Source: Botryllus schlosseri
Lineage: Eukaryota
Assembly: GCA_051294905.1 (NCBI GenBank)
Contig: CM119373.1
Location: 31,310,001 to 31,374,000, forward strand
DNA length: 64,000 nt
Direction: 5' to 3'
Below are positions 25,715 through 38,950 of the stretch, piece by piece. The notes below the pieces were generated by a model, which saw only the letters and a program-made list of their open reading frames with translations, did not search any database and was not told where the DNA came from. Every line of letters begins with the position of its first letter. Positions within the stretch are counted from its first letter, which is position 1. Both the position numbers and the translations under genes were made by a program.

Positions 25715-26153
25715 CAGGGTTACCAAATTTTGAGATCCGAAAAAGCGGACCCTTTTAAAAAATTCTGAAAGCTTTAGTACGCGAAGAGTAAACTGGTGAT
25801 TTTGAAAATTTTTCGGCCAATGCTACTGTGTTGACTAAATAAAAGGTTATCACTTTGAATCGACTGCCGAGTTACCCACTTTTTTATGATATTGTGTGGT
25901 GTTGACTAGAAAAAGGCCATCTTCCATATCTCTACTCCCGAATTACCCGCCGCGCCGTATTTTTCGTTGATTCTCTTGCTGACTCTGACGTTGGCTGCCT
26001 CAGAGTCGATTTTTTGAAAGCATTTCATCAAAATTAATAGAAAAACAGGACAAATTCCCAAAAAAGAATACATTTAGGCGTCCGCCATGGACACTTTCAA
26101 TTTATTGAAAAAACAAAACAAATCATCTTAAAAGAGGACGTATGGTAACCATG
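25715..26153. mobile_element. hAT-like MITE (CAGGGTTACCA termini)
   Basis: TIR CAGGGTTACCA / TGGTAACCATG; AAAGAGGAC subterminal motif as in 24245-24824; no TSD match. Confidence 0.6.
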
Positions 26154-26164
26154 CCATTAAGCGT

Positions 26165-26456
26165 CTGTTATGGTGCTGAGTACGGTGAATGCAAACATAG
26201 TGACCACAAGACAAAGCATGTCACTGGTTATCTGAATGCTTAAAGGCCTGGTAGATTGAGTTCTAATTTTCGGAAGGAATGTAAACATATGTGACAGACT
26301 CCAAAATAGAATCCAGTGTATTCAATCTCAACAGCAGAATTACTTTGACACATGCGAAGCACTAAACGAGCAGATATCCAGCGAGCACAGATAAACAATA
26401 GCGCGCAGATGACAGAACAAAGGGGATAAATACAGAGCAACGAACACATTATCACA
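26165..26456 (-). pseudogene. Decayed class A GPCR-like relic (TM3-TM5)
   Basis: One frame with three stops: CDNVFVALYLSPLFCHLRAIVYLCSLD...ILFWSLSHMFTFLP (W, S+3, P+10 as in TM4)...DMLCLVVTMFAFTVLSTI. Confidence 0.4.
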
Positions 26457-26814
26457 TCAAACTCATCATGTACATTACTCATCAGCATACTGTGAATTAA
26501 ACAGTGGTTGGTTTAGTCTTCGACTTTGTATGTTATTTTAAACAGGGTCGATATTCTCCGTTATGATCTCCGAGATGTCTATCGATATTTAGCATGGCTC
26601 ACTTTCTTCCTGGAAACTGAGCGTAACACTGACATATACTGATGAAAGCTGTGAGAATTGTACTTGAAAAAACCTTGCTGACGTTTCTTAATAGAATAGA
26701 TCGGAATATAGCTGTATGAAATATAAGCGACATGAAGCCGTCAATTTGGAGTCGAGTAGGATATACATATGCAGTAATATATCAAGGTTGTTGGAATTCA
26801 TATAAACATATATC

Positions 26815-27579
26815 TCAAATTCGACCCTCCACTAATTCCCCTTCTGTGATATTCCGCGTTGGCTCTGACGGTATGTAGGCAGGTGGTAGCTCCTGTTGAA
26901 GCAGGGCATTTGGTTCCTGTGCTGCTGTTGTTAAAATCATCATTTGGCCGTTCGGTCCGTACACGCATTGATGCTGTGTCGCATGAGCGATTTGTTGTTG
27001 TCCATATGAAGGGTACGGTGGGACTGCATCGGAACTTTCATTGCAGCATATTCCACCGCAGCAATACGCCGCATGCACAATGGTGACGACCATGGATGCA
27101 AAGCATATTATCGCAACACAGGTATGAAGCCCGACTAATGCTGGACTGCCACAGAGGTCGGACGACAACGCTGCGAACGCAGATAAAATAACTCCCACGC
27201 CTGATGCGATGGAGGTTATAATCGCCATCGTCATGTTAGCGACATACATTCCTCTCGAGGTTTTTTTCCTGAGGCATATTACAAAAGCGCCGGTGGCTGC
27301 CAAGAGTAATCCGCACCATATGCCTTGGGACGAATAAGACCAAATTCCCGGCCCGCGACAGTAAAGGTATGAACTTGTGTTAGCTCCGACAACCGCAGCG
27401 GATATTCCAAGCAGAATTGATGAAGCTCCCATAACAGCCTCAGCTCTTCCAATCCCGAATATGACTCTGTGAGAGGTATCCCGCGGGCCTAGTGACTGGG
27501 GTGGATGTGTAAAGACCACCGCTTCAGAAGAAGCTGTCGCACCGTGTTCAATCAGTGTAGCTGGAATACGCGTATCCAT
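26815..27579 (-). CDS. MS4A/CD20-like copy 4 (254 aa, PPAY retained)
   Basis: Intact ORF from MDTRIP; LPPAY at 26875-26886; an additional in-frame ATG at 27618 makes the start ambiguous. Confidence 0.9.
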   Translation of the reverse strand: MDTRIPATLIEHGATASSEAVVFTHPPQSLGPRDTSHRVIFGIGRAEAVMGASSILLGISAAVVGANTSSYLYCRGPGIWSYSSQGIWCGLLLAATGAFVICLRKKTSRGMYVANMTMAIITSIASGVGVILSAFAALSSDLCGSPALVGLHTCVAIICFASMVVTIVHAAYCCGGICCNESSDAVPPYPSYGQQQIAHATQHQCVYGPNGQMMILTTAAQEPNALLQQELPPAYIPSEPTRNITEGELVEGRI

Positions 27580-27829
27580 TACTATGATCAATACGAGGCT
27601 GGTATATATTTTACGCATCAAAGATTCGGAATGGAACTAAGAATTCAGAGAAAAAAGTTGGATACACAAAAATTTCTCAAGTGAAATTTATTTCAACATT
27701 GCTTGTCTTCATCGTGTATAATAAGGACCGGGCAATGTTCGCTACTAAAACTTTATCCCTTTTCCGATGTACCACATACAAACTTTTTTTTAGGGTGAGT
27801 CCGTGTCAATCACGAGTGCGTTATGAAAG

Positions 27830-28470
27830 CTCCATCTAATCAGGCGAACTCGAATCTATTACAGGCTCGCATAAGCTTTAGATACCAGCCTCCTAGTCGG
27901 AAGGTTTATGATTTGATATGGCATTCTTATAGGCTAAATTAGATCCAACTTCCATACTCTATCGATGGAATTGAAAATAACCTCTGATCTTGCCAATATT
28001 GCAGTCCAAAAGGCTGACCCCTAGCACATAACACTTACGAATGTCATTCTAAAATATATAATTCGACCGACGTGACTTGCATGAGCCCGAATTGACGAAA
28101 GAGCAAATATCATAATGCCCAAGTCACGAATTACAGTATATATGATTACGGTTCATAGTGATGTGCATATGAACCCGTTGCATTATTTACTCGACTCAAC
28201 TGAAACATAAGCAATTCCCCTTCCGCACCCATTTTACTGTCGGGAATAACATTTTATTGCTTTCGAACAAAACAACTAGTTCACGTTTCGTGGACTACAT
28301 TGCGAGTTGTCTTCTGCAAACACAATAATATATTTTAATATATTCGCGAATCGCTTTTCTATAAATCCAAATCTGTTACTGAAGACGATTTTTCACGCAT
28401 TTTTAGACTAGTTTGTTGGTTTACACCAGTGCTTTTAGACGCGGCTCAAATTGAGATCATGGTGCCATAA
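27830..28470 (+). pseudogene. Decayed GPCR-like relic
   Basis: Homologous to 16780-17460 and, inverted, to the 60 kb copy (ATACCAGCCTCCTAGTCGG vs ATACCAGCCACCGGTGGG); NISNSPSAPILLSGITFYCF; tail RIFRLVCWFTPVL. Confidence 0.45.
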
Positions 28471-28479
28471 CGAAAATAC

Positions 28480-29316
28480 TAGGGATGGTGTGAACGCGAA
28501 ATTGAGAGATTCACGTTCACAAACGAACCTTGGTAGGTTCTGCACTGTGAACCTTTTTCACATATTACGATTTTTAAAGTCATTATGAGATGTTTTGTTG
28601 AAATTATTTGCATTTTAACTTCGGACCACTCGATGCATGGCGCTGGCAGCATAAAATAATCGACACTAAACGAGCATGCACCTTGACAATCTTACAAATT
28701 CTACTTGCTTTGTTACAAAAGTTTGCCCGCAATATTCAGCTTTCCGTTTTTGAATATTTAGTAACTCTCTGCTGTGAGCTTGACCCGCAATCACACAAAA
28801 TCAAAAACGAAACACACTACACTACTTGTTGGTAATCAGCGAATGATGCTTATTCAACCAATCAATAAAATTGATTTAAAGAATACCTCGTTGTCTCAAT
28901 ATCAATGTAGCAATAGTCAGACACCGAATACATTTTCCGGCCTGGTCTAACTGGACCGTGAAAGCGTAAGGTAATATTTCCTTGCAAGTCCTCGTCGAAA
29001 TTGTTGGTAAAGCAACGGATGATATTGACTTTATGAGATTATCATATCATTTGATTGCCCAAGTTGATACATTTGGCGACGTTTATAGCGTCAATATGTA
29101 CCTCAGCATTGTGGTATTATGTGGCCGAATCGTCGCTAGGAATCGTGTAGGCTACCGTACATGAATATAGGCGTCCCTTCACCGAAATGTAGGGTTGGAA
29201 TTAGCAATATGACGTCACGTGACGTCGTGGGGTTCACGTTCGCGTTCACACAGAACCTTTCAAAAAGGTTCGCGTTCACACGAACCTGAACCTTCCAGAG
29301 GTTCACACCATCCCTA
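28480..29316 (+). mobile_element. Family A element
   Basis: Intact TIRs; perfect TSD GAAAATAC. Confidence 0.9.
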
Positions 29317-29602
29317 GAAAATACCGCATCGGCATCAGTGTACAGCACAGCTGTGAGTGCATTACTGAACAGCTGCTCATTGTCTACTAAGCGAATGGCA
29401 CTGGATATTGGGGAAGGCAAGCTGATATTTAACAATAGTACGAAATGTGTATGAGTTGATGACAGAGGAGAGCTCGAGATTATGGTGCCATTTTGTCAGT
29501 GATACTGGCAAACTGGATCATGTTTCCGTCTATAATGATAAAATCCGAAATCAGAAAAATCCTGTTTACGGATGAGCAAGCTTTTATTGCCCTTGACGTC
29601 GA

Positions 29603-29866
29603 CAGAGGTGGCCAGTATTGATGTAATTCTACTTTTTCAAAGTACTCAAGTATGTGTTGACTACTTACGCTACTTACTCAAGTACTTACATTTTTGACTA
29701 TTTCTCCTTCCACTCAAGTTTTCAGTTGAACAAATTAGGCCTGGAAAATATATCAATTTACTTACTTACTTGAAAATCAATAATTCAGCTTTTACTTGAG
29801 TAGAAACTAGAGACACTACTTCTACTTCTACTTGAGCACCAACCACGTCTAATATGACCACTTCTG
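29603..29866. mobile_element. MITE with TACTT repeats
   Basis: TIR CAGAGGTGG / CCACTTCTG; TSD GACGTCGA/GTCGTCGA. Confidence 0.75.
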
Positions 29867-32783
29867 GTCGTCGATATCTTTCTAATTAGCACTACGGAAA
29901 TGCATGGAAGTTTTGTATTTTGTAGCAATTGAAGTTTCGGCGCGATGCAAAAACTAGCCCAGTTCAAGATGATATAAAACGTCTGTTAAAGTAACCTATA
30001 CGTAGTCCCTTTCATGCACTGGAAATTTAGAATTCCGTTCTGATCCGGATCTGACACTCGGGCTAAAAATGCGAATCAGGATCCAATGTTATTTCGGAAA
30101 AACTTGCCGGATTCCTGTCCGGTTAGAGTCCAAGATCCTGATCATGTACATTGTACATCTCTAATGCACACTTACCGCAACTTACAGCCTCTGATCGACA
30201 AAGACCTAACATGCCAAGAGGGCATGTTTTGGGAGGCTGCCTGCGCGGATTGTATCCAAAACCTCATATTTGACGGATAAAAGGTGCAATCACTAATAAT
30301 TCACCCCAAATACCAATGCTCGGCGTGTGTTTTGATGATGTGGGTGTATTTGATCCATTCACACCTGTCTTTAGGGTGTGAATCGCAAGTTCGTACCCAA
30401 AAGGTGTGATTTCCCAAAATATACCCTATGGTAGAAACACCATTCTCGTATACAGTGTACTGTTGCAAAAAATCAACAGATCCGGTCTTGAATGCGTCCG
30501 TCCATTCTATATGAATTGCACCGTGATAACATAAAATATTGATTTTTTTCGTGAAATAACCCAAAACAGAGATTCCGACAATGTAAAAATAATTTCACTG
30601 AAAACAATGGTCGAGGGATATTGATCATGTAATATTGACAAGACGCCTCCTCCACTCTTGTACCGTTGAAGGTTGCGTAAATATATTTCAGCAAAACTTG
30701 CAGCATCCTGAACTCAAAACGAATATTCACGGCCCAATTAACAGGCATATATATGCTAATACATATATAAACTGGAATATTGATACCTAAACCAAAAACC
30801 AAGAAAATAAAAACCTTTATGAAGAATATATTTTCCTTACTTACTTGCAAAAATTCAGATATTTCAAAACCTAGTGGATTGCTGCTCAGACTGTAGTCCA
30901 ATTGGGTCGAATCGATTATATATGAAACATATTCACACTAGATTACTGTATGTCTGGGCGTGCGCAGGGTGAAAATTCATCGGCAGTTGAAAATTTGAAG
31001 AGGTGGAGTTAGCGTATTTCAATGGGTATTGTCATTGATCCATTCTGTCTAAGCCCAAAAGAGTTTATTTGAAGCATTTGTGAGCTATAATGTAGGAATC
31101 TCCAACACGGATTTTTGACCGATCTGATCCTCATCCGAACTGTAACAAATTATCATAAATACTTTTAAATGACAAAGTGTGTGCGAGTATTGTCACCATT
31201 ACAAAGAACCATGCAACACGTTCCCTATACCTAAAAATGAAAGCAGCCCTTTATAAAAATTGAGCGGTGGACGCTACAGGGTCGTGACTAGTTATTGTGG
31301 CTTTGTAAAGGGGAAAGTAGTATTGGTGCTATTTTGTATTACTTGTGTGGGTGAAATCGTCGTAAAAATCGCATGAACGGCCCCTGTATTATCATCAAAA
31401 ACTGAATACAGTTTGAAAGATTCAACCGATTTGTAGTATTGATTTGATGGCTGTCAATTTGCATATGATATCATTATAATACTGAAAAAAAGTATTGCCG
31501 TAATGCATTCTCCGTATTGATGGAACCATCGATACCATCCGAAGCTGTATGCCCTTTGCCATTTGTGCTGGCTTTCTGTGCAATTCAAATATAAATATAG
31601 AATAACATAACAATACAGACATGAACGTAAACATGAAGGCGCAGACGGGTGCTCTCGCTCCTTGATATTTTGTGTTTGGGAAATATCACCGCTATTTAGG
31701 CCTACTTTCGCCCAGACTATATCAGTGACTGTTCAATGACGCCTCTTTGTGTCACCTTCTAATCTTTGCTACGCCCATATGGGGTAATCAATTGCGTACT
31801 ACGTACGTGACTTTGTGACTGAAATTTATCATCTTCCAGTATTCCAATTTCCAACAATGACAAGGCTAATACACTGGGATACATTACAACCTACTGCATT
31901 TCAGTGGTAATCTGTTAAAATTCCTCGAACTCGATGCGACCTGCGCAACTACGATGAAAGGAAAGGCATTCGCATACGTCAAGGGTCGGCAACCTACGGC
32001 CCGCGGGCCGGATCCGGCCCGCCAAGCCAAATCGTCCGGCCCGCGACGAAATAATTAGTTACCACAAGAATACGGCCCGCCGCATCGTAATGAGTTCCAA
32101 TCTGCAGTGCAGCACTGCTACGAAAAATGTCAAAATTTATAATGTTTTCTTCCACTTACGGATGATGATTCCGGAACATGTAATTCACGCACCTACGGGG
32201 CTCGTTCACTTTCGGACCAAACTCAGTACAGCCTTACGGAGAAAAAGGGTTTTTGGTCCGAAAGTGAACGATCCCCGTACTGGTCCGGGTTCGTCATATT
32301 CCGATTTTAGAATCAGGCTGCTGCGTGAGTCGCAGAATACCACTTTTTAAATGTTAATCACCTTGATAGCTCTCAGAGAAATGCAGAGATACCTCAAATG
32401 TTACTGGCGGTACTGAACTTGAATATTGCTCACAGAACCACATTCACCACAGCAGAATCCATCACCTCAAAGATCCCCCGTGTGCCCCCATCAAAGAGTT
32501 AACGGCACAATAAAAAGCACAAAGAGTAGGCCTATCTATGCAATCCTAAAATATTAAATAAAATACCGCTAATTGCCTGTGTTTTGTATGATTTGATTTT
32601 CTCTTGTCACTTTGTTATGACTACCGGAGTACCGGTACAGCTGTTGGCGATCCTTTTTATTATTGCATTGTTACGTCATATTTTGCCAATTTGGTTTTCG
32701 TATGTCGATATTTCAGTAAGCTCTTCTTGTGTCGCTAACTCCTGACAAGGCGCACACGAAAAGCCTTTGAGTCAATATGTTCC

Positions 32784-33374
32784 ACTATAGAATGTAAACA
32801 TGGAATGGCAGCGACCGATTTTGCAGCTTCGTTCCGCTTCACTGAAGCTTTACTCAGACTTATTTTACGGCAGCTACTGTAGGATTTATGGCAATCCAAA
32901 AGTTGTCTTCCAGAGCTCAGAACTTACTGAATCTGGTCTTGATCGAAAGCTACTGTTGCACTGATTCCGAAAATATCAATCAAAATACGATCAGGCTCCG
33001 TACTTAGATGATAAATCACCCTCAACATCTAAAATCTTCATTGTTCAGAACAATCGGATGAACGCAAAACAATGACCACAACAATGACCCATTGCGGCTC
33101 TTCGATTGTTCGGACAATGCCGATAATTCAGACTTGAAGGGCGAATTCTAAGCGGCCCAGTGCCTGATCATATTTTCATTTACATTTTCGGATTCAGTGT
33201 GACAGTAGCTTTCGATCAATACCAGATTCAGTAAGTTCTGAGCTCTGGAAGACAACTTTTGGATTGCCATAAATCCTACAGTAGCTGCCGTAAAATATGT
33301 CTGAGTAAAGCTTCAGTGAAGCGGAACGAAGCTTCAAAATCGGTCGCTGCCATTCCACGTTTACATTCTATAGT
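32784..33374. mobile_element. Foldback element with inverted arms of about 210 bp
   Basis: Arms at about 32784-32997 and 33163-33374 are near-perfect reverse complements; possible 3-bp TSD TCC; partial arm at about 6968-7120. Confidence 0.85.
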
Positions 33375-33706
33375 TCCACTGTAATGAATGCAGACCCAAA
33401 AGCAATAGTAAAGATAGGCCTACCCTAATAAGCATTCCTTTGTCACGTATATTTCAAACACAAGAACAACGAAACATAGAGCACTTCAACTATACAAGAA
33501 TCTGTTCGGCATTCCAAGCGATATGCGTTCTTCTGAAGTTTTCCGTGTCTTGGGCAAACCCGTCGGTTGCAAGTGTCACTGGCAAAACGGGTACATGCTT
33601 TGTTACGTCGAGATGCTTGCACGAGTGTATGAACTGAGAAATGAAATAGCAACTTTCCTTGAAAATACAAACATCGCCGACTCATAATCTTGTCATCGAA
33701 AATGGG

Positions 33707-34026
33707 TAGGCTTACCATATTTTGGAAATCTAAAAGGGGGACACTTTTCCTAGGCTTGCAAAACCGGAGAAGAATTCTCAAAAACCGGTGAATTTATCCC
33801 ACTTTCTGATCGGTTGACTAAAAAAAAAAAAGGTCTTCTCTTCGCTCAGAGCTCAAAAATAGCGTTTTTCTCTCCGCATTGCTAGGTGGTTGACTAAAAA
33901 AAAAAGGTCATCTTTCCGCTCAGAGCTCAAATCACCGTTTTTCACTCCGAAATACCCGCCGGCCTTAAAAAGCGGCACGTTTGGCTGACTGGTCGGGACT
34001 CCGGGACAAGACGTATGGTAAGCCTA
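33707..34026. mobile_element. hAT-like MITE inserted in the transposase relic
   Basis: TIR TAGGCTTACCATA / TATGGTAAGCCTA; perfect TSD AAAATGGG. Confidence 0.9.
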
Positions 34027-35305
34027 AAAATGGGTATCTAATCTTGCTTTCGTAGAACATTTAACGTCACATCTAAACAAATTGAATTTGCAGCTTCAGA
34101 GGGAAACAACTAAATACATTAGATGTTGAGACGCATACGAAAAAAAAAACTGCGACTCTCGGAATGTCATCAGTACAAAGAAAGTTAAGCTCACTTTCCT
34201 ATACTGAAGGAGAGTAAACCTAGTACCAGTAGGCTACTATACATTTGTAACTGTTATATACCAAATTTAATTAATGAATTTCCATCCGCTTTTCCGACAT
34301 TTGTTCTGTACAAAATAAATTCTGACTACCCAGTACTCCGTTTAATGTGGACGCCAATATCATTGCCAGAAAATTTCAAATGGGCCCATTTGAAATGCGA
34401 TGCAGTTGAATTGAATGACAAATTTCATTCAAAGAGCATATTGCTGATTGACTTTGACAAGAGTACGTTCTTGAAATGGGTCTTCATCCCAGCTTGATCA
34501 ACAATGCAAAAGAAATAGCATCGACTTTTGGTAGCACGTACGCATGTGAACAATAGTTTTCAACAATGAAATTCACGAAGAGCAAGCTAAGATCACGTAT
34601 TCCAACGCACATTCAGAATATGGCCTGATTCTAGCTTCATCTGACTTGTTACCAGAAGTTGAAAACCTATCACAAAGCAAGCTGCGCCAAGTGTCACATT
34701 TATTCTGCGTTGTTGAAGTGTAAATACATGTGTTTTGCTCTTTTTGTGATTTGTATGATTGAGATTGCAGCATTGTAGGGTAATATACCGACGTGGCTGT
34801 TAAATATAGTATTAAGAAAAATTCCGGCCCGCCAACATGTTGTGCACTTGAAATTTGGCCCGCGACTAGCAAAAGGTTGCCGACCCCTGGCATACGTGAT
34901 CAAAATCAATTCAAGATATCACATATATTCGTTTCGATATCAATTCGAATTTCATCCCCATCGACTTGCCTCGTTTTACGCTACAGCCCTCACACAAAGC
35001 GAAATACTGACGTAGATGGATGATCAACGAGGAAATTGTGTACTCGTAAAACTGTGTTAAGAAGTTTATTCATGGAATCCATCGGGAACATGTATGTTGT
35101 ACGAAATTTAGGGTACAGTACACGAAGCTTCTAGATATAGATGCAAGTACTGTATATATATATATAGGTTAACTGAAACATATATTGCGAAGTAAGTCCT
35201 GCATTACTTCACCCGTCTTTTGTATTCCACGCAGGTACGTAGGACGTACGCAGGCGACAGGCTATGTCGACGCGTTCTGGCACTTGGAGCATGCGGTGCT
35301 GGTAC

Positions 35306-35953
35306 TTAAATCAACATCTGACCATTCGGTCCGTACAGGTACTGATGCTGCATCCCATGCGTGATTAGCAGCTGTCTATTCGAAGCGCAGGGGAAACCTG
35401 CATCGGCACTTCCTCCGCAACATATTCCACCGCAGCAGCACGCCGCATGCACGATGGTGACCACCATGGATGAAAGACATGTAATCGCCACACAGACATG
35501 AATTCCAAATATTGCTTGACCGCACCAGGAGACTGACGCCAACGCTGCTACACTAGACAAAATAAAGGCCGCGCCTAATATGGTCGATGTGATAATCGCC
35601 ATCGTCATGTTTGCAACAAACAGATTTCTCGACGGTTTGTTTTTGCGACGGATTCCAATATATCCCGTCACGGCCAAAAGTAATCCACACCATACACCTT
35701 GGGACGAATATGACAAATATCTCGCTTCGTTGCATGAATTGGAATCGGGAAAGTTAGATCCCACAATCGCAGCGGATGCTCCGAGCAGAATCGACAAAGT
35801 GCCCAGAACAACCTCAGCTTTTGCAATCTTGACTATGGATTTGCGATACTTTTCCCGTGGAATTAGTGACGGGGGTGGTTGTTGCAAGTTCCTCGCGGGA
35901 TGTGAAGCTGTTGCGCCGGCATCAGTCAGTGTTATTAAAGCGCGCCAACTCAT
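35306..35953 (-). CDS. MS4A/CD20-like copy 5 (215 aa; tail cut by an in-frame stop)
   Basis: Four TMs intact; GPNGQMLI* where paralogues read GPNGQM(M/T)IL; the in-frame relic tail continues VPAPHAPSARTRRHSLSPAYV. The track start at 35998 is TTG. Confidence 0.8.
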   Translation of the reverse strand: MSWRALITLTDAGATASHPARNLQQPPPSLIPREKYRKSIVKIAKAEVVLGTLSILLGASAAIVGSNFPDSNSCNEARYLSYSSQGVWCGLLLAVTGYIGIRRKNKPSRNLFVANMTMAIITSTILGAAFILSSVAALASVSWCGQAIFGIHVCVAITCLSSMVVTIVHAACCCGGICCGGSADAGFPCASNRQLLITHGMQHQYLYGPNGQMLI

Positions 35954-37384
35954 CTGATACCTGAGCTGATAAATAGTTTGCTGAAATATTAGACACACAA
36001 TGTTTTCGATCCTTGTTGGCTACAGAAACGTCACTAATCTTGACCAGTGCCATGCATGCTCACAAGGACTGAAGTATTTAGGGTTGCATTCATAACATAC
36101 GGTGTTTTAAACAAATCCCTTTGAAAATATTTTTTTTGGATCGTTGCATAATTATGCCATAATTGTTTAACTACTTTCGAATAACATGTCAGTATGAACC
36201 TACGGACGATTTACACCCAATTTAGTCGACGAGTGCGATATGGAGTGGCTGAAACCCTCGAAATCGTCGTCGGTTCAACAGTTATACCAAGTAGATCGAA
36301 CATTGGTAGGGAATGTGTGTTCTGATGATAATGACCACCGATCGTAAAAATGCTGCATAACGATGTAGTCCTAGCAAAATATATTTTTGGTCTGTTTATA
36401 GCAGTGGTCGGAAGCCCTTTCCGTCACATTTTCCCTATGATTTCAATTGTCAATGTTAATCCACTGTGACGTCGCAATTAAAATTTCGTGACGTCATGGC
36501 TATGAAAACAAACAAAAAAGCACTGAAAACGTGTTTTAAACAAGGGCCATGATTTAAGTATAGCCCGACCGATTATCGGCTCGCCGATAATATCGAGTCG
36601 ATATCACGCTTGGAGAGAAATATCGGTATCGGCCATTGAAGGTAAAAAAATATCGGCCATTTTCGTGACGTCACAACATGGTCGCAGCGAGTCAGAGAAG
36701 TCGATAGAAGACGCGATGATGATAAATAATAAAAATAAATGGCCAAGCTGCATATAGTGCATACTGCATACAGGGCAGTAGGCGTGCCTATCTGAGAAAT
36801 ATTATAGATAACTAACCACCGTTATGCCCCACTGACTTCGTGGAAATCCCCCTGCAGTAATCGATCACCAAAGACAGAGAGCAGCTGGATGGATAGTTGT
36901 CTGCAATTTCAATCAGTAAGAGAAAGGAGAACTTCAATCATGCTGGACTGACCCTCGTGATGATAGAGAAAAGCGTCGCGTCGGAACTTTTCTCTGAAGA
37001 TAGTGCTATTGGTTCGGTACCAACAGAGCTAATTATACCAGTAATGTATGAAGTCGTCTGACTGAGGCCTGCGGGGCCACCGTGATAGGAAATATGCGAG
37101 CATAGAGGGCAGGAAAATCAAGCAAACATAGAGTAAAGCCAATAATTAATACGAAAATGTTTGATTCCATGATGACATTGGCCAATTCTGACGAAAGAGC
37201 GTAAAAAGCGAGAGCTCCGTTTATTGCGAGCGAAGTTAGTAACTGGCGAGTAAACGCATCAGCCTGCATGCATTGAAAAGGGACGCGGAAACATTCACAA
37301 ATTGGCAATCAAATAATCACACGATCGACGAGCGCGATTTGTAGAGCCGCTACACCATCCCCCTCCAGCGGCGGGGATCCTCCA

Positions 37385-38069
37385 TATTGACGTTTTGAAC
37401 GTCGCCAAATTTATCAGCTGGGGCGATCAAATGATATAATAATCCCATAAAATCAATATCTTTCGTCGCTTTGCCAACAATTCAACGAGGACTTGCAAAG
37501 GAATATATGCTTATATCTTGACGGTCTATGCCAGACCGGAAATGTATTCGGCGTCTGAGTATTGCTATGTTGATACTGAGCAGAGTGTAAAACGAGTTTC
37601 TATACTTGCTACCGATAATACCCCATTATCAAGTTATACAGCAGTAGCCGACACCCCAATCGCATGGATTTGGTTTTTATGAAATAAACATATGAAATCG
37701 AGATTGACCCCGTAGGCTGCTAGACTTTTTACATCAGACAACGATATCAACTTCATTGATTGGTTGAGTGAGCATCATTCCCTGACTATTCGCTCTGGAT
37801 ATTGTGTGATTGCGGGTCAAGCTCACGGCAAAGAGTCACTAAATATTCGAGCTCGTTTAGTGTTGATTTTTTAATGCTGCCAGTGCCATGTATATGGTGG
37901 CCCGCAGTTGAAATGCAACCAAAGATGATATAATGAAGTGAAAATTGCAATATATGAAAAAGGTTCACGGTGCAGAACCTACCAAGGTTCGTTTGTAAAC
38001 GTGAACCTCTAAATTTACGAGGTTCACACACAGAACGCGAACGTGAACCTCACGTTCACACCAACCCTA
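37385..38069 (-). mobile_element. Family A element, truncated
   Basis: One terminus (GTTCACACCAACCCTA) plus colinear interior; other end missing. Confidence 0.85.
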
Positions 38070-38179
38070 GTAACGAGTGCCAACATTTCGACCCGAACTA
38101 CGCACCGAATGACGAGTAGACAGTAGGTAGGCCTAAAAGAAACTGGCGTCCCTTAACCCTTTGCGACCGGCGGACCAGT

Positions 38180-38950
38180 TAAAAGTTGACATGTTATACA
38201 TATTAACACGAATTATGCTACATGGCTTGTAATCGAATTCACGATATTCAGTGGTAGGTCAATGTAAAAAAGACTACAACCATTACAATAATACTGGAGC
38301 CATTATCGCCTGATATTGTCCTCGGGTGGGACGCCAAATAGCTAAGCCTCCTCACCAATTAATACCTATCTACCCATACCTACGAACTACATATAAACTG
38401 CCACAACAATAGCCTATCATTAGCTTTATTCCGACTGCTAACGGTCTTGGATATATCTATATAGCGCAGAATTCATGGTCATAATTAAATTCAGATTCGT
38501 GCGTCACCGGTTACGGTGTGATTGATATCTATATATTAGTACTTCCCCTCTTCACGTTTTCCTCATTCAGGGTAACCGAAAGGTGTACCTTGCAGTACAG
38601 TAGTACACAGTCTAACCATTAAGTTGCACCGTTCTTATCTATTGATCACTGTAACTCTTCAATGAGATATTAATTGAACCATGCAAACATGAAAGATGTT
38701 GCTACGAATAGTTCAGCCTAATATAGATGTCAGACCAAACAGAAGCGAGTACCGTCACGTCAGTATCAAGACATTGTCAAGTGACGACTAACACAACGCC
38801 GCGCGTTCATTAACTTGAGATTGGGTATTGGGATGATGAAGGATAATATAATATTCATATGCAATACTATATTTGAAGGGCTAAATGTTAGTAACAATGT
38901 TGTTGGGACATAGGGCGTATCCATATTGATTTGTTTTGTTTTTGTGGGGG
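38180..38950 (-). pseudogene. Decayed class A GPCR-like relic
   Basis: Homologous to 50400-51100; SID(K)...ISITP*PVTHESEFNYD; IIVMVVVFFTLTY (TM6-like); HNSC (TM7-like); many stops and frameshifts. Confidence 0.45.

Larger units (their letters stand above)
31980..34889 (+). mobile_element. Decayed Charlie/SPIN-type hAT transposon with transposase pseudogene and two nested insertions
   Basis: TIR CAAGGGTCGGCAACCT / AGGTTGCCGACCCCTG; perfect TSD GCATACGT; relic peptides MLARVYELRNEI, KWVSNLAFVEHLTSHLNKLNLQLQ, FGSTYACEQ*FSTMKFTKSKLRSR. Confidence 0.9.

Noticed and set aside
5170-35998. ORF-track starts at 6027, 9993, 24071, 27621 and 35998
   Set aside because: These are non-ATG (TTG, GTG or similar) starts; paralogue alignment points to the downstream ATGs
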